Source: a virus | IMG/VR virus record: IMGVR_UViG_3300020045_001036 | Coordinates: 1-64,000 of that record | Reading direction: 5' to 3' (one strand) | Length of the DNA: 64,000 nucleotides | Notes under the pieces: model-generated | The model's input: only the letters and a program-made list of their open reading frames with translations | Database searches by the model: none | What the model was told of the DNA's origin: nothing | Made by a program: the position numbers and the translations under genes | In this document: positions 46,745 through 56,605 of the stretch, in pieces | Numbering within the stretch: the first letter of the stretch is position 1 | Layout: each line of letters begins with the position of its first letter

Positions 46745-47470
46745 ATGAATTTAGAACAAGCAGGTAGATTTAAAGATGCACCATGGTTCCCTCTAGATGA
46801 GGTAAATGTAATTGTAGGTGGTGTAGGTGGTATAGGTTCATGGTTAACATTAATGTTATCTAGAGCCGGATTTATACCAATGGTGTATGATTTTGACACA
46901 TTTGAGATACATAATATGTCAGGTCAGTTAGTACCGGAAAGATTAATAGGTACAATTAAAGTAGATGCAGTAGCAGAAGTAGTAAAAGAATTTACTGGAA
47001 CTACGATACATACCTTCAATGAGAAGTATACAGCTGAGTCAATGTCTCATCACTATGTATTCTCTGGGTTTGATAATATGCAAGCTAGAAAGGATATGTT
47101 TAAAGCTTGGTGTGATTATGTAGTAGATTGGCAAGCTGAAGGGCATAAAGCTAAAATGTTAGACACTACATATCTTCAAGACATACCAATCTTTATAGAT
47201 GGTAGACTCTTAATGGAGCAAATGCAGATATTCTGTGTTACTCCAGATAGAATTGAAGACTATAAGAAACATTTGTTTGATGATGCTGAGGTAGCAGAAG
47301 CTCCTTGTACATTGAAACAAACATCACATTCAGCAGCTATGATAGCTTCTCATATGGTAGGCTTCTTTACTAACCACATGACTAATGTATATGCTAAGGA
47401 TGTGATTAGAAATGTTCCATTTCAATGGGAATACTTTATTCCTCTTGATTTAATAACAGTAGAAGAATGA
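46745..47470 (+). CDS. ThiF/E1-like adenylating enzyme
   Basis: GVGGIGS, DFD..E.HN, K, FDN..AR, DGR, APC188T. Confidence 0.9.
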   Translation: MNLEQAGRFKDAPWFPLDEVNVIVGGVGGIGSWLTLMLSRAGFIPMVYDFDTFEIHNMSGQLVPERLIGTIKVDAVAEVVKEFTGTTIHTFNEKYTAESMSHHYVFSGFDNMQARKDMFKAWCDYVVDWQAEGHKAKMLDTTYLQDIPIFIDGRLLMEQMQIFCVTPDRIEDYKKHLFDDAEVAEAPCTLKQTSHSAAMIASHMVGFFTNHMTNVYAKDVIRNVPFQWEYFIPLDLITVEE

Positions 47471-48147
47471 CAGCATCACAAATAATTTACATTCCAGATC
47501 TTTCCAGTTATGTATATACCAACTCTACTTACTTAACTCATTTTAGAGGTTCTAAAACAGGAACCTCTGATTGTAACTTTTATGTGCCACTACATGCTAT
47601 AATGGCACATGAATTACTTACATTTGATGTTGGTATTAGAGTGATGGAATATAAAACTTGTAGTATACCTATAGACTATCAAAGGTCATGTTTTAGTAGA
47701 TATGATGCATTTTTAAGTATACTACTAAATGGTACTTATGCAGGAAGTTTTAAGTACTCTGTAGCAGGAGAGATCTGCTATGTTATAGTACAAAGAGGTA
47801 TTATTTTAAATACTGAAGGAGAGATTCTTATGTGCTTAGCACTAGATAGGGATTATGTGATGAATACAGATACAAATACAATTAGGAATAACCCTGATGC
47901 AAAGAAAGGTGCTGTATTTATTAGTAATGACTATGTAAACAATCCTAAATATAAGAATTTAAAAAAGAAAATAGACGCAATATATGTAGCTGAATGTTTA
48001 GCTTTAGGTATGGATGTTATCCAAACTGAGAAGATAGATAAATGGCTATATAAGAACAACTTTAGTGCAATGAAATTTAAAACAGTTGCTGCACAGCAAA
48101 AGTTTTTAAAAGAAGATGTGCCTAAAGAAATGATAAAAGAATTATAA
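47467..48147 (+). CDS. Hypothetical protein coupled to E1
   Basis: ATGA overlap with the E1 gene. Confidence 0.6.
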   Translation: MTASQIIYIPDLSSYVYTNSTYLTHFRGSKTGTSDCNFYVPLHAIMAHELLTFDVGIRVMEYKTCSIPIDYQRSCFSRYDAFLSILLNGTYAGSFKYSVAGEICYVIVQRGIILNTEGEILMCLALDRDYVMNTDTNTIRNNPDAKKGAVFISNDYVNNPKYKNLKKKIDAIYVAECLALGMDVIQTEKIDKWLYKNNFSAMKFKTVAAQQKFLKEDVPKEMIKEL

Positions 48148-48581
48148 TGGCAGAAGAAGTAAAATTAACTCCAAACAAGGAGGTTAATAGAGCAAAATTG
48201 GGTAAAACTAACAAAAGAAAAGGTTCTAATGCTGAAAGGCATTATGCTATTATCTTTAGAGATGATTTAGGATTTAAGCACTGCAAAACTGCAAGAATGG
48301 GTTCTAAGCTACATGATGATGCTGGGATAGATTTAATATTTATCCCATACAATATTCAAATTAAAGCTGGAAAACAAGTTGGCTTAAACTTTGGAAGAGA
48401 ATTGACTTATATGAAGACTAGGATGATTGAATTATTCCCAGAAACTTCATTAGAGCATGGATATCCAAGACTAGTTATTCATAAAAAAGAGGTAGGAGCA
48501 GGTAAAAGAAGAACCGATGAAGATGAGTTAGTTTGTATGACCTTTGTTGATTTCTGTAGAATAATTAAAGCACAAGGATAA
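48147..48581 (+). CDS. PD-(D/E)XK nuclease, Holliday junction resolvase-like
   Basis: KRKGSNAER, GIDL, IQIK. Confidence 0.75.
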   Translation: MAEEVKLTPNKEVNRAKLGKTNKRKGSNAERHYAIIFRDDLGFKHCKTARMGSKLHDDAGIDLIFIPYNIQIKAGKQVGLNFGRELTYMKTRMIELFPETSLEHGYPRLVIHKKEVGAGKRRTDEDELVCMTFVDFCRIIKAQG

Positions 48582-49210
48582 TGGAGGTAAGTAATGGGAA
48601 GTTATACGCCAATAGGACTTGGAAATATCTAGTACCTTGTTTAAAGGATTATGAAGCAGATTTAGTATTGAATTTAGCTTCATTCTTTAAATTAGGAGTA
48701 GGTATAGCAGATTTTAATTTCAAGACAGAAGAAGAGAATTGTATTTATATATTAATAGATACAAAAACTTTAGTTTCTAGTGACAGAACTCTTCAAGAAT
48801 ATCAGGAGAGATTTGCTAGATTTTTAGATTGGTTGACACATAAATATTATTTTGTAGCAGAGTATCCTTATGATACTAGTGGCAAACATATGGTAGTCCT
48901 AAGAATACCTCTAAAACATAGAGATATATTAGGTAAATTCATAGAAGGTAAGTACAGTGAATTATACACAAGTACAGATATGAATGCATATTTTAAATTT
49001 TGTGTGATAGCTAATAAGAAAACTGAAGAAGAAAAAAATAAATCTATTACACATACTAGAAATATTTTAACTAAAGATAAGAAATATATTTCTATCTTTG
49101 TAGATATTGTGAAAGAAAAATATGTATGTGATGCATATGTAGAAGACTTTCAAGAATGTGAATTAGATTTTCCACCTAAATTAGAAGAAGAAATTTTTAA
49201 TTATGAGTGA
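48581..49210 (+). CDS. Hypothetical protein
   Basis: 209-aa coupled ORF. Confidence 0.6.
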   Translation: MEVSNGKLYANRTWKYLVPCLKDYEADLVLNLASFFKLGVGIADFNFKTEEENCIYILIDTKTLVSSDRTLQEYQERFARFLDWLTHKYYFVAEYPYDTSGKHMVVLRIPLKHRDILGKFIEGKYSELYTSTDMNAYFKFCVIANKKTEEEKNKSITHTRNILTKDKKYISIFVDIVKEKYVCDAYVEDFQECELDFPPKLEEEIFNYE

Positions 49211-49397
49211 ATTTAAACCAGGTCAAGTAGTAACAGTACTAAATACTGATAATTACAAAGCAAGTTATGCTGAACCTGTACCATTTCAAGCAAGGATAAG
49301 TGAGGTTACTCCTCATCCTTGTGTTTGGGTGGTAAGTTTAGTAACTGAGAAGCTTTATGAATTGTATTTAGATCAAGTAGAAGAAAACAATGAGTAG
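49203..49397 (+). CDS. Small SH3-like hypothetical protein
   Basis: FKPGQVV. Confidence 0.5.
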   Translation: MSEFKPGQVVTVLNTDNYKASYAEPVPFQARISEVTPHPCVWVVSLVTEKLYELYLDQVEENNE

Positions 49398-49758
49398 TAA
49401 AAAAGAAATGGGTGCAAGAGCCAATATAGGTAAACCAAAATGGTCTTTATTACCACAGTCTACCTTAATACCTATGATTAGAGTGTTAGAGTTTGGGGCT
49501 GTAAAATATGGAGCACTTAATTGGCAAAAAGGATTAAGTGTCACAGAGATATGTGAGAGTCTTAAAAGACACTTAGATTCCTTTATGGAAGGAGAAGATT
49601 TTGATAAAGAATCTTTAATTCATCATGTTGGGCATATACAGTGTAATGCTATGTTTTTAGCATGGATGTTACAACATAGAACAGATTTAGATGATAGAGT
49701 TTTTTCTATGGAAGATACTATTTCTATAGAATATAAAATACCAACACATGAAGAATAA
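49390..49758 (+). CDS. dATP/dGTP diphosphohydrolase (DUF5664)
   Basis: GKPKWSLLP, FGAVKYG..NW.KG, SLKRH, D.ES..HH. Confidence 0.8.
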   Translation: MSSKKEMGARANIGKPKWSLLPQSTLIPMIRVLEFGAVKYGALNWQKGLSVTEICESLKRHLDSFMEGEDFDKESLIHHVGHIQCNAMFLAWMLQHRTDLDDRVFSMEDTISIEYKIPTHEE

Positions 49759-50470
49759 AATAGAATTATTAGGTTATTATGGTTCAGATGAAATCATAGC
49801 TTGTTCAGCTTGGACAAGTACCTCTAGAGATTTATCAGAAGATAAGAAAGCCAGAGTACCGGCTTTAATCAATATGTTATGGAGTGATGGACATGAAACT
49901 CCTTTTGAAAAAGGTATAGTTCATTTTTTAGTAGATACAGATATAGCTAGTCACATTCATTTATTGAAGCACAGGATTAGTTCTATGAATGCCGAATCAG
50001 CTAGGTATAAAGAACTTAAAGAGGATAAAACATATCTTCCAGAAGATTGGATAGGTATTACATTGTCTGAACCTTTATTTATACACGATGATGCTCCGGA
50101 TGGAGCTGAATTGTCTTGGAATGCAGGTTCTGAATGGATAGGTGTATTAGAGGAATATACTGCAATAGGAAATTATTTATATCATAACGCTTTAAAAGAC
50201 TTGACACCAGTATTAGGTAGAAAGAGAGCTAAAGAATCAGCTAGATATTTTAAAACTTATAACAGTATGATTCAAGCAGATGTTAGTTTTAATATGAGAA
50301 GTTTTGCTAATTTCTTAAAATTAAGAAATAGTGAGCATGCACAAGTTGAAATTAGAGAGATAGCTGCTGCAATGCTTAAAATAGTACAAGAAATTCCAGG
50401 AAATCCTTTTGAGTATACCTTAAAAGCATTTGAAACAAAAAATAAAAAACATACACTATGTGGGAAATAA
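49748..50470 (+). CDS. thyX: Flavin-dependent thymidylate synthase
   Basis: GHETPFE, KHRISSMNAESARY, ESARY, LR...HAQ.EIR. Confidence 0.9.
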   Translation: MKNKIELLGYYGSDEIIACSAWTSTSRDLSEDKKARVPALINMLWSDGHETPFEKGIVHFLVDTDIASHIHLLKHRISSMNAESARYKELKEDKTYLPEDWIGITLSEPLFIHDDAPDGAELSWNAGSEWIGVLEEYTAIGNYLYHNALKDLTPVLGRKRAKESARYFKTYNSMIQADVSFNMRSFANFLKLRNSEHAQVEIREIAAAMLKIVQEIPGNPFEYTLKAFETKNKKHTLCGK

Positions 50471-50631
50471 TTATAACAATACTTATACTGTATATTTTAC
50501 TCTATTTAACTACTGGATCAGTGTTTACTATAGATAGTGAAGGCTTTTCTTTGTGGTATTGGAAAAAGGATGCAATAGGTATTTGGAGGCCAAAACAAAT
50601 CCTCCTATGGAAAAGGAATAATAAAAAGTAA
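50458..50631 (+). CDS. 57-aa membrane protein
   Basis: MWEIIITILILYILLYL... Confidence 0.45.
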   Translation: MWEIIITILILYILLYLTTGSVFTIDSEGFSLWYWKKDAIGIWRPKQILLWKRNNKK

Positions 50632-50636
50632 ATAGA

Positions 50637-52814
50637 ATGAACAAAGGGAAGAATTTATTAGGGAATCTTAAATTTTATGATTCATATAGCAAGTATTTAG
50701 AGGATAAAGGTAGAAAAGAAACTTGGAAAGAGTCTGCTGTAGATGTAATGTCTATGCACTATAACAAATTTGGCCACATAAAAGAGGTAGTACCTTATCT
50801 AGATCTTGCAACAGAGGCTTATATAAATAAGCAGGTATTAGCCTCACAAAGAAATTTACAATATAGAGAAACACAGATCTTAAAACATAACACAAGATTA
50901 TTTAACTGTAGTTCAACTTTCATAGATAGACCTGAAGTATTTAAGCAGATACTTTATATCTTATTGACTGGTTGTGGTGCCGGATATTCTGTAGAACAAA
51001 GATTTATTGACAAATTACCTTCTATTCAAAAGAGAATGGATCATACCGTAACTCATGTAATAGAAGATACTATAGAAGGATGGGCACTAGCACTAGATGC
51101 ATTAATGAACTCATTCTTTTATGGTACAGAACAAATTAGATTTGATGGTTCTCTTGTTAGAGCCGAAGGTTCATTCATATCAGGAGGATTTAAAGCTCCT
51201 GGATATGCTCCTTTGAAATTAGCTTTAGAAAAGATTGAGAGTTTATTACAATCTAAAGTACATGCTGGTGAAACTAGATTAACATCATTAGATGCACATA
51301 GAATTATTTGTTTCTCTGCAGATTCAGTACTTAGTGCTGGAGTGAGAAGATCCGCATTGATTTGTTTGTTTGACAAAGATGATTTGTTAATGAGAAACTG
51401 TAAGACTGGTAATTGGTTTGATACCAATCCAGAATTATCTAGAGCTAATAATACTATCAAATTAATTGAAGGAGAGTTTACTAAAGAAGAATTTGATGGA
51501 TTAAAAGAATCTGTTAAACAATTTGGTGAACCGGGTATAGCTTTGGTTAAAGATAGAGATTTTACAACTAATCCGTGTTTTGAAATAGGATTTATTCCTA
51601 TTAATCCAAATAATGGTAAGTCTTGTATTAGTTTCTGTAATCTTAATGAAGTTAATGGAGGTCATTGTGATACTGAAGAAAAGTTTTATGCGGCATGTAA
51701 AGCAGCTGCTATTATTGGAACTTTACAGGCATCATATACTGATATGCCATTCTTAGGACAAGATACTAAAGAGCTTATAGAGCATGAGGCTTTATTGGGT
51801 ATATCTATTACAGGTATAATGGATAATCCACATATCTTACTTAACCCTACTATCTTACAAGAAGGCGCTAGAATTGTTAAAGAAACAAATGCTTTTATAG
51901 CTGAATTGATTGGCATTAATCCAGCAGCTAGAACTACTTGTGTTAAACCATCTGGTAATGCGTCTGTATTATTAGGTACTTCATCAGGTATTCATCCAGC
52001 TCACTCTAAAAGATATTTTAGAGTTATGCAAATGAACAGACATACAGAGATGGCTAAGTTCTTAAAAGACTTTAATCCTGTATTATTAGAAGATTCAGCA
52101 TATGGCCCAGAAGACTACGCAACTTATATTCCTACTATAGAGCCAGAAGGTTCCATTACTAAAGATGAATTAAGAGATGTAGAATTTACTGCGCATGTTA
52201 AAACAGTGTATCAAAACTGGGTTCTTCCAGGCACTAATTGGGAGAGAGGATATTCTAACAGAGTAACTCACAATGTATCTAATACTATCACTGTATCTGA
52301 CTGGGATAAAGTCTTTGACTATATCTATGAGAACAAAGAATCATTCTGTGGTTTATCTTTTATAGGTGCTTCAGGTGGTAGACAATACAGACAAGCTCCT
52401 ATGACTGAAGTAGCAACCTTTGAAGAGATAGTATCTAAATATGGTAAAGGAGTTTTATTTGCTTCTGGATTGATTGTAGATGCTATACATGCATTTAGAG
52501 GAGATTTGTGGGGAGCTTGTGAAGCTGTAGAAGATAAAACTATAGAATTTACAGGTGATAGAGTTACTGTATTAGTGAAGAAGGATATTGTAAAAAGAAT
52601 TAAAAAGTTTGCTAAAAATAACTTTAAAGGAAATTTAAGTAAAACTGTATTATGCCTTAAAGATGTGCATCTACTTCATAAGTGGGAGTTAGTAGATAGA
52701 GAATTCAAGGAAATTGATTTCACTAAACTAGATATGAAACCATCTTATAAAGATGCTAATAGTTTTGCTGGAGCAGCTTGTGCTGGTGGAGCATGTGAAT
52801 TAGAAGTATTATAA
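50637..52814 (+). CDS. Ribonucleotide reductase, class II RTPR/NrdJ-like
   Basis: FNCS, TNPCFEI, FCNL, CVKPSG, C-terminal ACAGGACE; no beta subunit in the window. Confidence 0.85.
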   Translation: MNKGKNLLGNLKFYDSYSKYLEDKGRKETWKESAVDVMSMHYNKFGHIKEVVPYLDLATEAYINKQVLASQRNLQYRETQILKHNTRLFNCSSTFIDRPEVFKQILYILLTGCGAGYSVEQRFIDKLPSIQKRMDHTVTHVIEDTIEGWALALDALMNSFFYGTEQIRFDGSLVRAEGSFISGGFKAPGYAPLKLALEKIESLLQSKVHAGETRLTSLDAHRIICFSADSVLSAGVRRSALICLFDKDDLLMRNCKTGNWFDTNPELSRANNTIKLIEGEFTKEEFDGLKESVKQFGEPGIALVKDRDFTTNPCFEIGFIPINPNNGKSCISFCNLNEVNGGHCDTEEKFYAACKAAAIIGTLQASYTDMPFLGQDTKELIEHEALLGISITGIMDNPHILLNPTILQEGARIVKETNAFIAELIGINPAARTTCVKPSGNASVLLGTSSGIHPAHSKRYFRVMQMNRHTEMAKFLKDFNPVLLEDSAYGPEDYATYIPTIEPEGSITKDELRDVEFTAHVKTVYQNWVLPGTNWERGYSNRVTHNVSNTITVSDWDKVFDYIYENKESFCGLSFIGASGGRQYRQAPMTEVATFEEIVSKYGKGVLFASGLIVDAIHAFRGDLWGACEAVEDKTIEFTGDRVTVLVKKDIVKRIKKFAKNNFKGNLSKTVLCLKDVHLLHKWELVDREFKEIDFTKLDMKPSYKDANSFAGAACAGGACELEVL

Positions 52815-52885
52815 TGAGTTGGGTAGTAGATTTATACCATAAAGAACAAAGAGCCTTGAAAGAGGCTCTTTTAAAAAAAGAAAAG

Positions 52886-53110
52886 ATGAAAACAATTAAA
52901 GTATTTACAAAAGAGGGTTGCCCTCCATGTGCAGCATTAAAACCTATAATTAGTGAGTTTAAGAATGTAACATTTCATGATGCTATAGAGAATATGTCAT
53001 TGTATGGTCTAAGACAAGCACCAACTACTATTGTATATGAAGGTGGTGTAGAAGTCTGTAGATTTACTGGATTTAGAACTAAAGAAGAAATAGAATTATT
53101 AATAGCTTAA
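52886..53110 (+). CDS. Thioredoxin/glutaredoxin-like protein (start MKTIKV)
   Basis: CPPC motif; terminator-like hairpin 52849-52872 upstream argues against the 52814 start. Confidence 0.75.
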   Translation: MKTIKVFTKEGCPPCAALKPIISEFKNVTFHDAIENMSLYGLRQAPTTIVYEGGVEVCRFTGFRTKEEIELLIA

Positions 53111-53111
53111 G

Positions 53112-53357
53112 ATGACTAAAGAACAGTATATAAGTTTTAGGCAAACAAATGATTTCTTAAGTATTGCATTTGAATCCTATAAGGAAAGATTAAAAGAGAA
53201 AGGAATACAAACAGGAATGGGTAAAGATTTATTTAGTACCACATTCAGTATATGGCCTTTCAATCAACAAGCTATTAATGACGTCATTGCTTATTATGAT
53301 GCACAATTTAGTGTAACTACAATAGATAAAGACGGTAAAACAATTAAAATATCATGA
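53112..53357 (+). CDS. Hypothetical protein
   Basis: 81-aa ORF. Confidence 0.5.
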   Translation: MTKEQYISFRQTNDFLSIAFESYKERLKEKGIQTGMGKDLFSTTFSIWPFNQQAINDVIAYYDAQFSVTTIDKDGKTIKIS

Positions 53358-54067
53358 CAGAAATACAAAAATTTAAAGTAAAAGCTATATCAGTAATGTT
53401 ACTTGTAATATTTGGAATTGTGTACTTATTATTACAGGTACCTTCAAATCCTAAAACTAATGGTACAGAACATGTAGCTGTAGCTCCCAAAGTATGGAAA
53501 GATAAGGATAGTGCCATTCATCATGTGAGTGCTCCTATTATGGCTAGCAATCCTAAAGAATTTCTTAAGATTCAAGCACAAGATAAAATCATTCAAGATC
53601 TACAAAAAGAAGTAACTAAGTATAAGAGACAACTAGGTAAGAAAGGATCTGCTACTGTAGTGCAAGGTACTAACAGTATAGATACTGTATATGTAAAAGT
53701 AATGACACCTAGTCCTAATTTTATATGGAGTGATAGTATACATAATAAGTACATTGATTGGACTTATACAGTAAATAAAGATTCCACTAAAGCTCAAATA
53801 GGATTTAAGCTTAAAACTGTTGATGACTTAGTTATTATTAACAAAGTACAATCTAATGGTTGGTTTAAAGCTAAAACAGTAGTTACAGAAGTGATTAATA
53901 AGAACCCTTATTCTAAGACAGTTAATTCTGCTACTTTTAATATAGATACTAAGGTCCCTAAAAGACCTTGGAGTGTAGGTCCATACGTAGGATATGGATT
54001 TAGTGATGAATTAACACCTAAAGTTAATTTTGGTGTAAGTTTACAATATGGATTTATAAGATTCTAA
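53354..54067 (+). CDS. Membrane-anchored protein (spanin-like candidate)
   Basis: N-terminal TM, coiled coil, C-terminal beta strands ending YGFIRF. Confidence 0.5.
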   Translation: MTEIQKFKVKAISVMLLVIFGIVYLLLQVPSNPKTNGTEHVAVAPKVWKDKDSAIHHVSAPIMASNPKEFLKIQAQDKIIQDLQKEVTKYKRQLGKKGSATVVQGTNSIDTVYVKVMTPSPNFIWSDSIHNKYIDWTYTVNKDSTKAQIGFKLKTVDDLVIINKVQSNGWFKAKTVVTEVINKNPYSKTVNSATFNIDTKVPKRPWSVGPYVGYGFSDELTPKVNFGVSLQYGFIRF

Positions 54068-54576
54068 TGAGCACTTTTTATATTTCAGACCTTCATCTTG
54101 GCCATTTAAATATGGCCATTAAAAGAGGTTTTGCAACAGTGGAAGAACATGATAATCATATTATTAAATGTTGGAATAAGGTAGTACATAAAAAGGATAC
54201 TGTTTATATTCTAGGAGATCTTACAATGGAAAGAGATACTTATAGTATCTATTTACCTAAATTACTAGGGTATAAGAAAGTTATACTTGGTAATCACGAT
54301 AAACCTCAACATATACCTTCATTACTTAGATATGTGAATAGTGTATGTTCTTGTCTTTATGTTAAAAATAAAGAGTTTGGTAAATTTGTGTTATCACACA
54401 TACCAATACATCCTACAGAGTTATCTTATAGATATGGTACTAATATACATGGCCATGTTCATGAGAAAACATTAGAAGACAGTAGGTATATTAATGTATC
54501 TTGTGAAGTAGTGGATTTTACTCCACAAACATTAGAACAATTAATAGATAGACAATTTAAAAAAGAATTAATATGA
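54067..54576 (+). CDS. Metallophosphoesterase
   Basis: SDLHLGH, LGD, GNHD, SHIP, HGHVH. Confidence 0.85.
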   Translation: MSTFYISDLHLGHLNMAIKRGFATVEEHDNHIIKCWNKVVHKKDTVYILGDLTMERDTYSIYLPKLLGYKKVILGNHDKPQHIPSLLRYVNSVCSCLYVKNKEFGKFVLSHIPIHPTELSYRYGTNIHGHVHEKTLEDSRYINVSCEVVDFTPQTLEQLIDRQFKKELI

Positions 54577-54776
54577 GATATTTAGTAACAGAAGAATTAA
54601 AAACTTCTTTCCTTTTGAAGGTAAAGAGGTTTTTTAGATTAGCAAAACCTCGAATGGAATTTTTTGCAAATTCTTATGCTACAGGATTTTATCCTGAAGA
54701 CAAGTCCTACTATATGTGTAGGAATACAGTAAAAATAATTAAAAGAGCAAAACAAAGATTAGTATGGAAGCAGTAA
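54573..54776 (+). CDS. Hypothetical protein
   Basis: Coupled 67-aa ORF. Confidence 0.45.
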   Translation: MRYLVTEELKTSFLLKVKRFFRLAKPRMEFFANSYATGFYPEDKSYYMCRNTVKIIKRAKQRLVWKQ

Positions 54777-55933
54777 TTTTAGTGACAATAAAAAATAAAA
54801 TTCCTTTATTTAAGGGGAAAGATAAGGCAACTTCAATTGAGTTAATTGAATTAGAAGAAGTAGGTTATGAACTAGTTTCTCAAAAAGATTTATATGCGGT
54901 AGGAGATAAAGCTATATTAGTACAGCCAGATTATTGTGTAAGTGATACAGAATTGTTTGAATCGTTTATTAGACCAGATGGTAATGAGTCCAAATCTATG
55001 TTGGGTAAAGTAGGAGGATTACCAAGAAGAATTAGAGCTAAGAAATTTACTCTATCTAAAGAACCTGAAGGAGCTCCCGTATATTCTAATGGTATCTTAC
55101 TGAGATACAAAGATGTAGTTAGATATATTGGTAAAGAAATGGATAGCACTACTATTACAGCAGACTTAGGAATCACTAAATATGAAGAACCAGAAGCTGG
55201 TACTCCAGGGTTAGCTGGTAGAGGTGGTAGAGATTTTCCAACATGGTTGTATAAAACAGATGAAACTAACATCAATAACTTGTGGAATCATTTAGAGAAA
55301 GTTGTTAAGTGGCCTGTATTCCTTGTGGGTACAGAAAAAGAAGATGGTTCTAGTATTACTATAGGTAGAAAGGATATGGATGAATACGTATGTTCTAGAA
55401 ACTTAATTAAACCTTTTGTAGAGACTAGATTTAGTCATATGAGAGATCTTACACTTAAGGAAAGATTTAATAAGTTCTTTACTGGTTTAACACCTAACTT
55501 AGCTACTTATAAAAAGGTACCTACTACAGACACATTTGTATTGCAAGGTAAGCCTTACTTAGAACAATTAGAAGGTTATGATAATTTCTTCTTAAGAGGA
55601 GAGTTAAATGGTTCTAGTGCTAAAGGATCCGGAAATAAAAACAATCCCGCAGCTAAAAGAGAATTAAACATCAAATTCTTTGGATTAGATTATATCAATG
55701 AAGTTGGTATAGCTGTTAAAGCTAGTAAAGAACAATTTGATAAGTTCTGTGTAATCAATGAACTACCTCAAGTTAAAACAGTGTTTAGAAAGAAATTCAA
55801 AAACAAAGCAGCTCTTGTAAAAGAATGTGAAGCTTATTTCAAAAAGAATCTTATTGAAGGTATTGTTGTTAGAACTTTGGATAGCTCTTTTAGTGCTAAA
55901 TACATGAATCTAGAGTATGATTCTAAAAAATAA
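54764..55933 (+). CDS. RNA ligase, Rnl2/DRB0094 family
   Basis: N-terminal OB-like domain, LGITKYE, FP.W..KTDE, TEKEDGSS, RGELNG, EGIVVR, SAK. Confidence 0.85.
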   Translation: MEAVILVTIKNKIPLFKGKDKATSIELIELEEVGYELVSQKDLYAVGDKAILVQPDYCVSDTELFESFIRPDGNESKSMLGKVGGLPRRIRAKKFTLSKEPEGAPVYSNGILLRYKDVVRYIGKEMDSTTITADLGITKYEEPEAGTPGLAGRGGRDFPTWLYKTDETNINNLWNHLEKVVKWPVFLVGTEKEDGSSITIGRKDMDEYVCSRNLIKPFVETRFSHMRDLTLKERFNKFFTGLTPNLATYKKVPTTDTFVLQGKPYLEQLEGYDNFFLRGELNGSSAKGSGNKNNPAAKRELNIKFFGLDYINEVGIAVKASKEQFDKFCVINELPQVKTVFRKKFKNKAALVKECEAYFKKNLIEGIVVRTLDSSFSAKYMNLEYDSKK

Positions 55934-55938
55934 AAATT

Positions 55939-56385
55939 ATGTCAGGAAGAGCACCACATAAAGTGTATGAGTATGACTTTGAGGGTAATTACCTTCAAAG
56001 TTATGCTAACATACAATTAGTAAGAGTAAAGTATTATTCAGAAGATCAAGGTTCTAGACCTATTTTTGTTAAACAGGAAATGGGGGAAGATTACCATATT
56101 ACATTTAATAATACAATACTAATTAAAAATAGAATAGGTAGAGAAAATATTGTATTTCTATTAAGAAGGATACAATCTCAATATTCATATCTATCAGAAT
56201 GGGAGGATAGGCCAGTAGAAGTTTACAATATTAGAGGTGAACTTTTAGCTGAATTTCCTAATGCATTAACGGCATCTAGATTGATGCCACAAATATCTTA
56301 TAACTTAATAATGAAACATCTTAGATCTCCTAGAAGAGCTAGATATCATAAGAGTTTAGATTTAACCTTTAAATACAAAGAGTAA
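55939..56385 (+). CDS. NUMOD1-type DNA-binding repeat protein
   Basis: KVYEYDFEGNYLQSY and PVEVYNIRGELLAEFPN..A. Confidence 0.6.
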   Translation: MSGRAPHKVYEYDFEGNYLQSYANIQLVRVKYYSEDQGSRPIFVKQEMGEDYHITFNNTILIKNRIGRENIVFLLRRIQSQYSYLSEWEDRPVEVYNIRGELLAEFPNALTASRLMPQISYNLIMKHLRSPRRARYHKSLDLTFKYKE

Positions 56386-56600
56386 TGGTAGGTATACAAA
56401 AACACGAATACTTATTAAAAGAGGAATTTTATGAGTTTCAACATGTAGGTACTAGAGCTAGATCAGATAAACAGTGTGGTCATTGTGGAAAAATTATACC
56501 TAAAGGTGAACCACACTTAAGGGCTAAATTCTATCCTGAGTTTGAAGGTCCTGCAATACATGAAGAGTGTGAAAAAGATTTTTTAAAAAGTTTAAACTAA
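56385..56600 (+). CDS. Small Zn-finger protein
   Basis: CGHC...HEEC. Confidence 0.55.
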   Translation: MVGIQKHEYLLKEEFYEFQHVGTRARSDKQCGHCGKIIPKGEPHLRAKFYPEFEGPAIHEECEKDFLKSLN

Positions 56601-56605
56601 AAGAT

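Noticed and set aside
49390-49758. Z-genome (2-aminoadenine) pathway suggested by DUF5664
   Set aside because: No PurZ in the window, and DUF5664 is common without it
52814-52885. N-terminal extension of the thioredoxin
   Set aside because: Contains a terminator-like hairpin (52849-52872); the downstream ATG gives a normal-size domain
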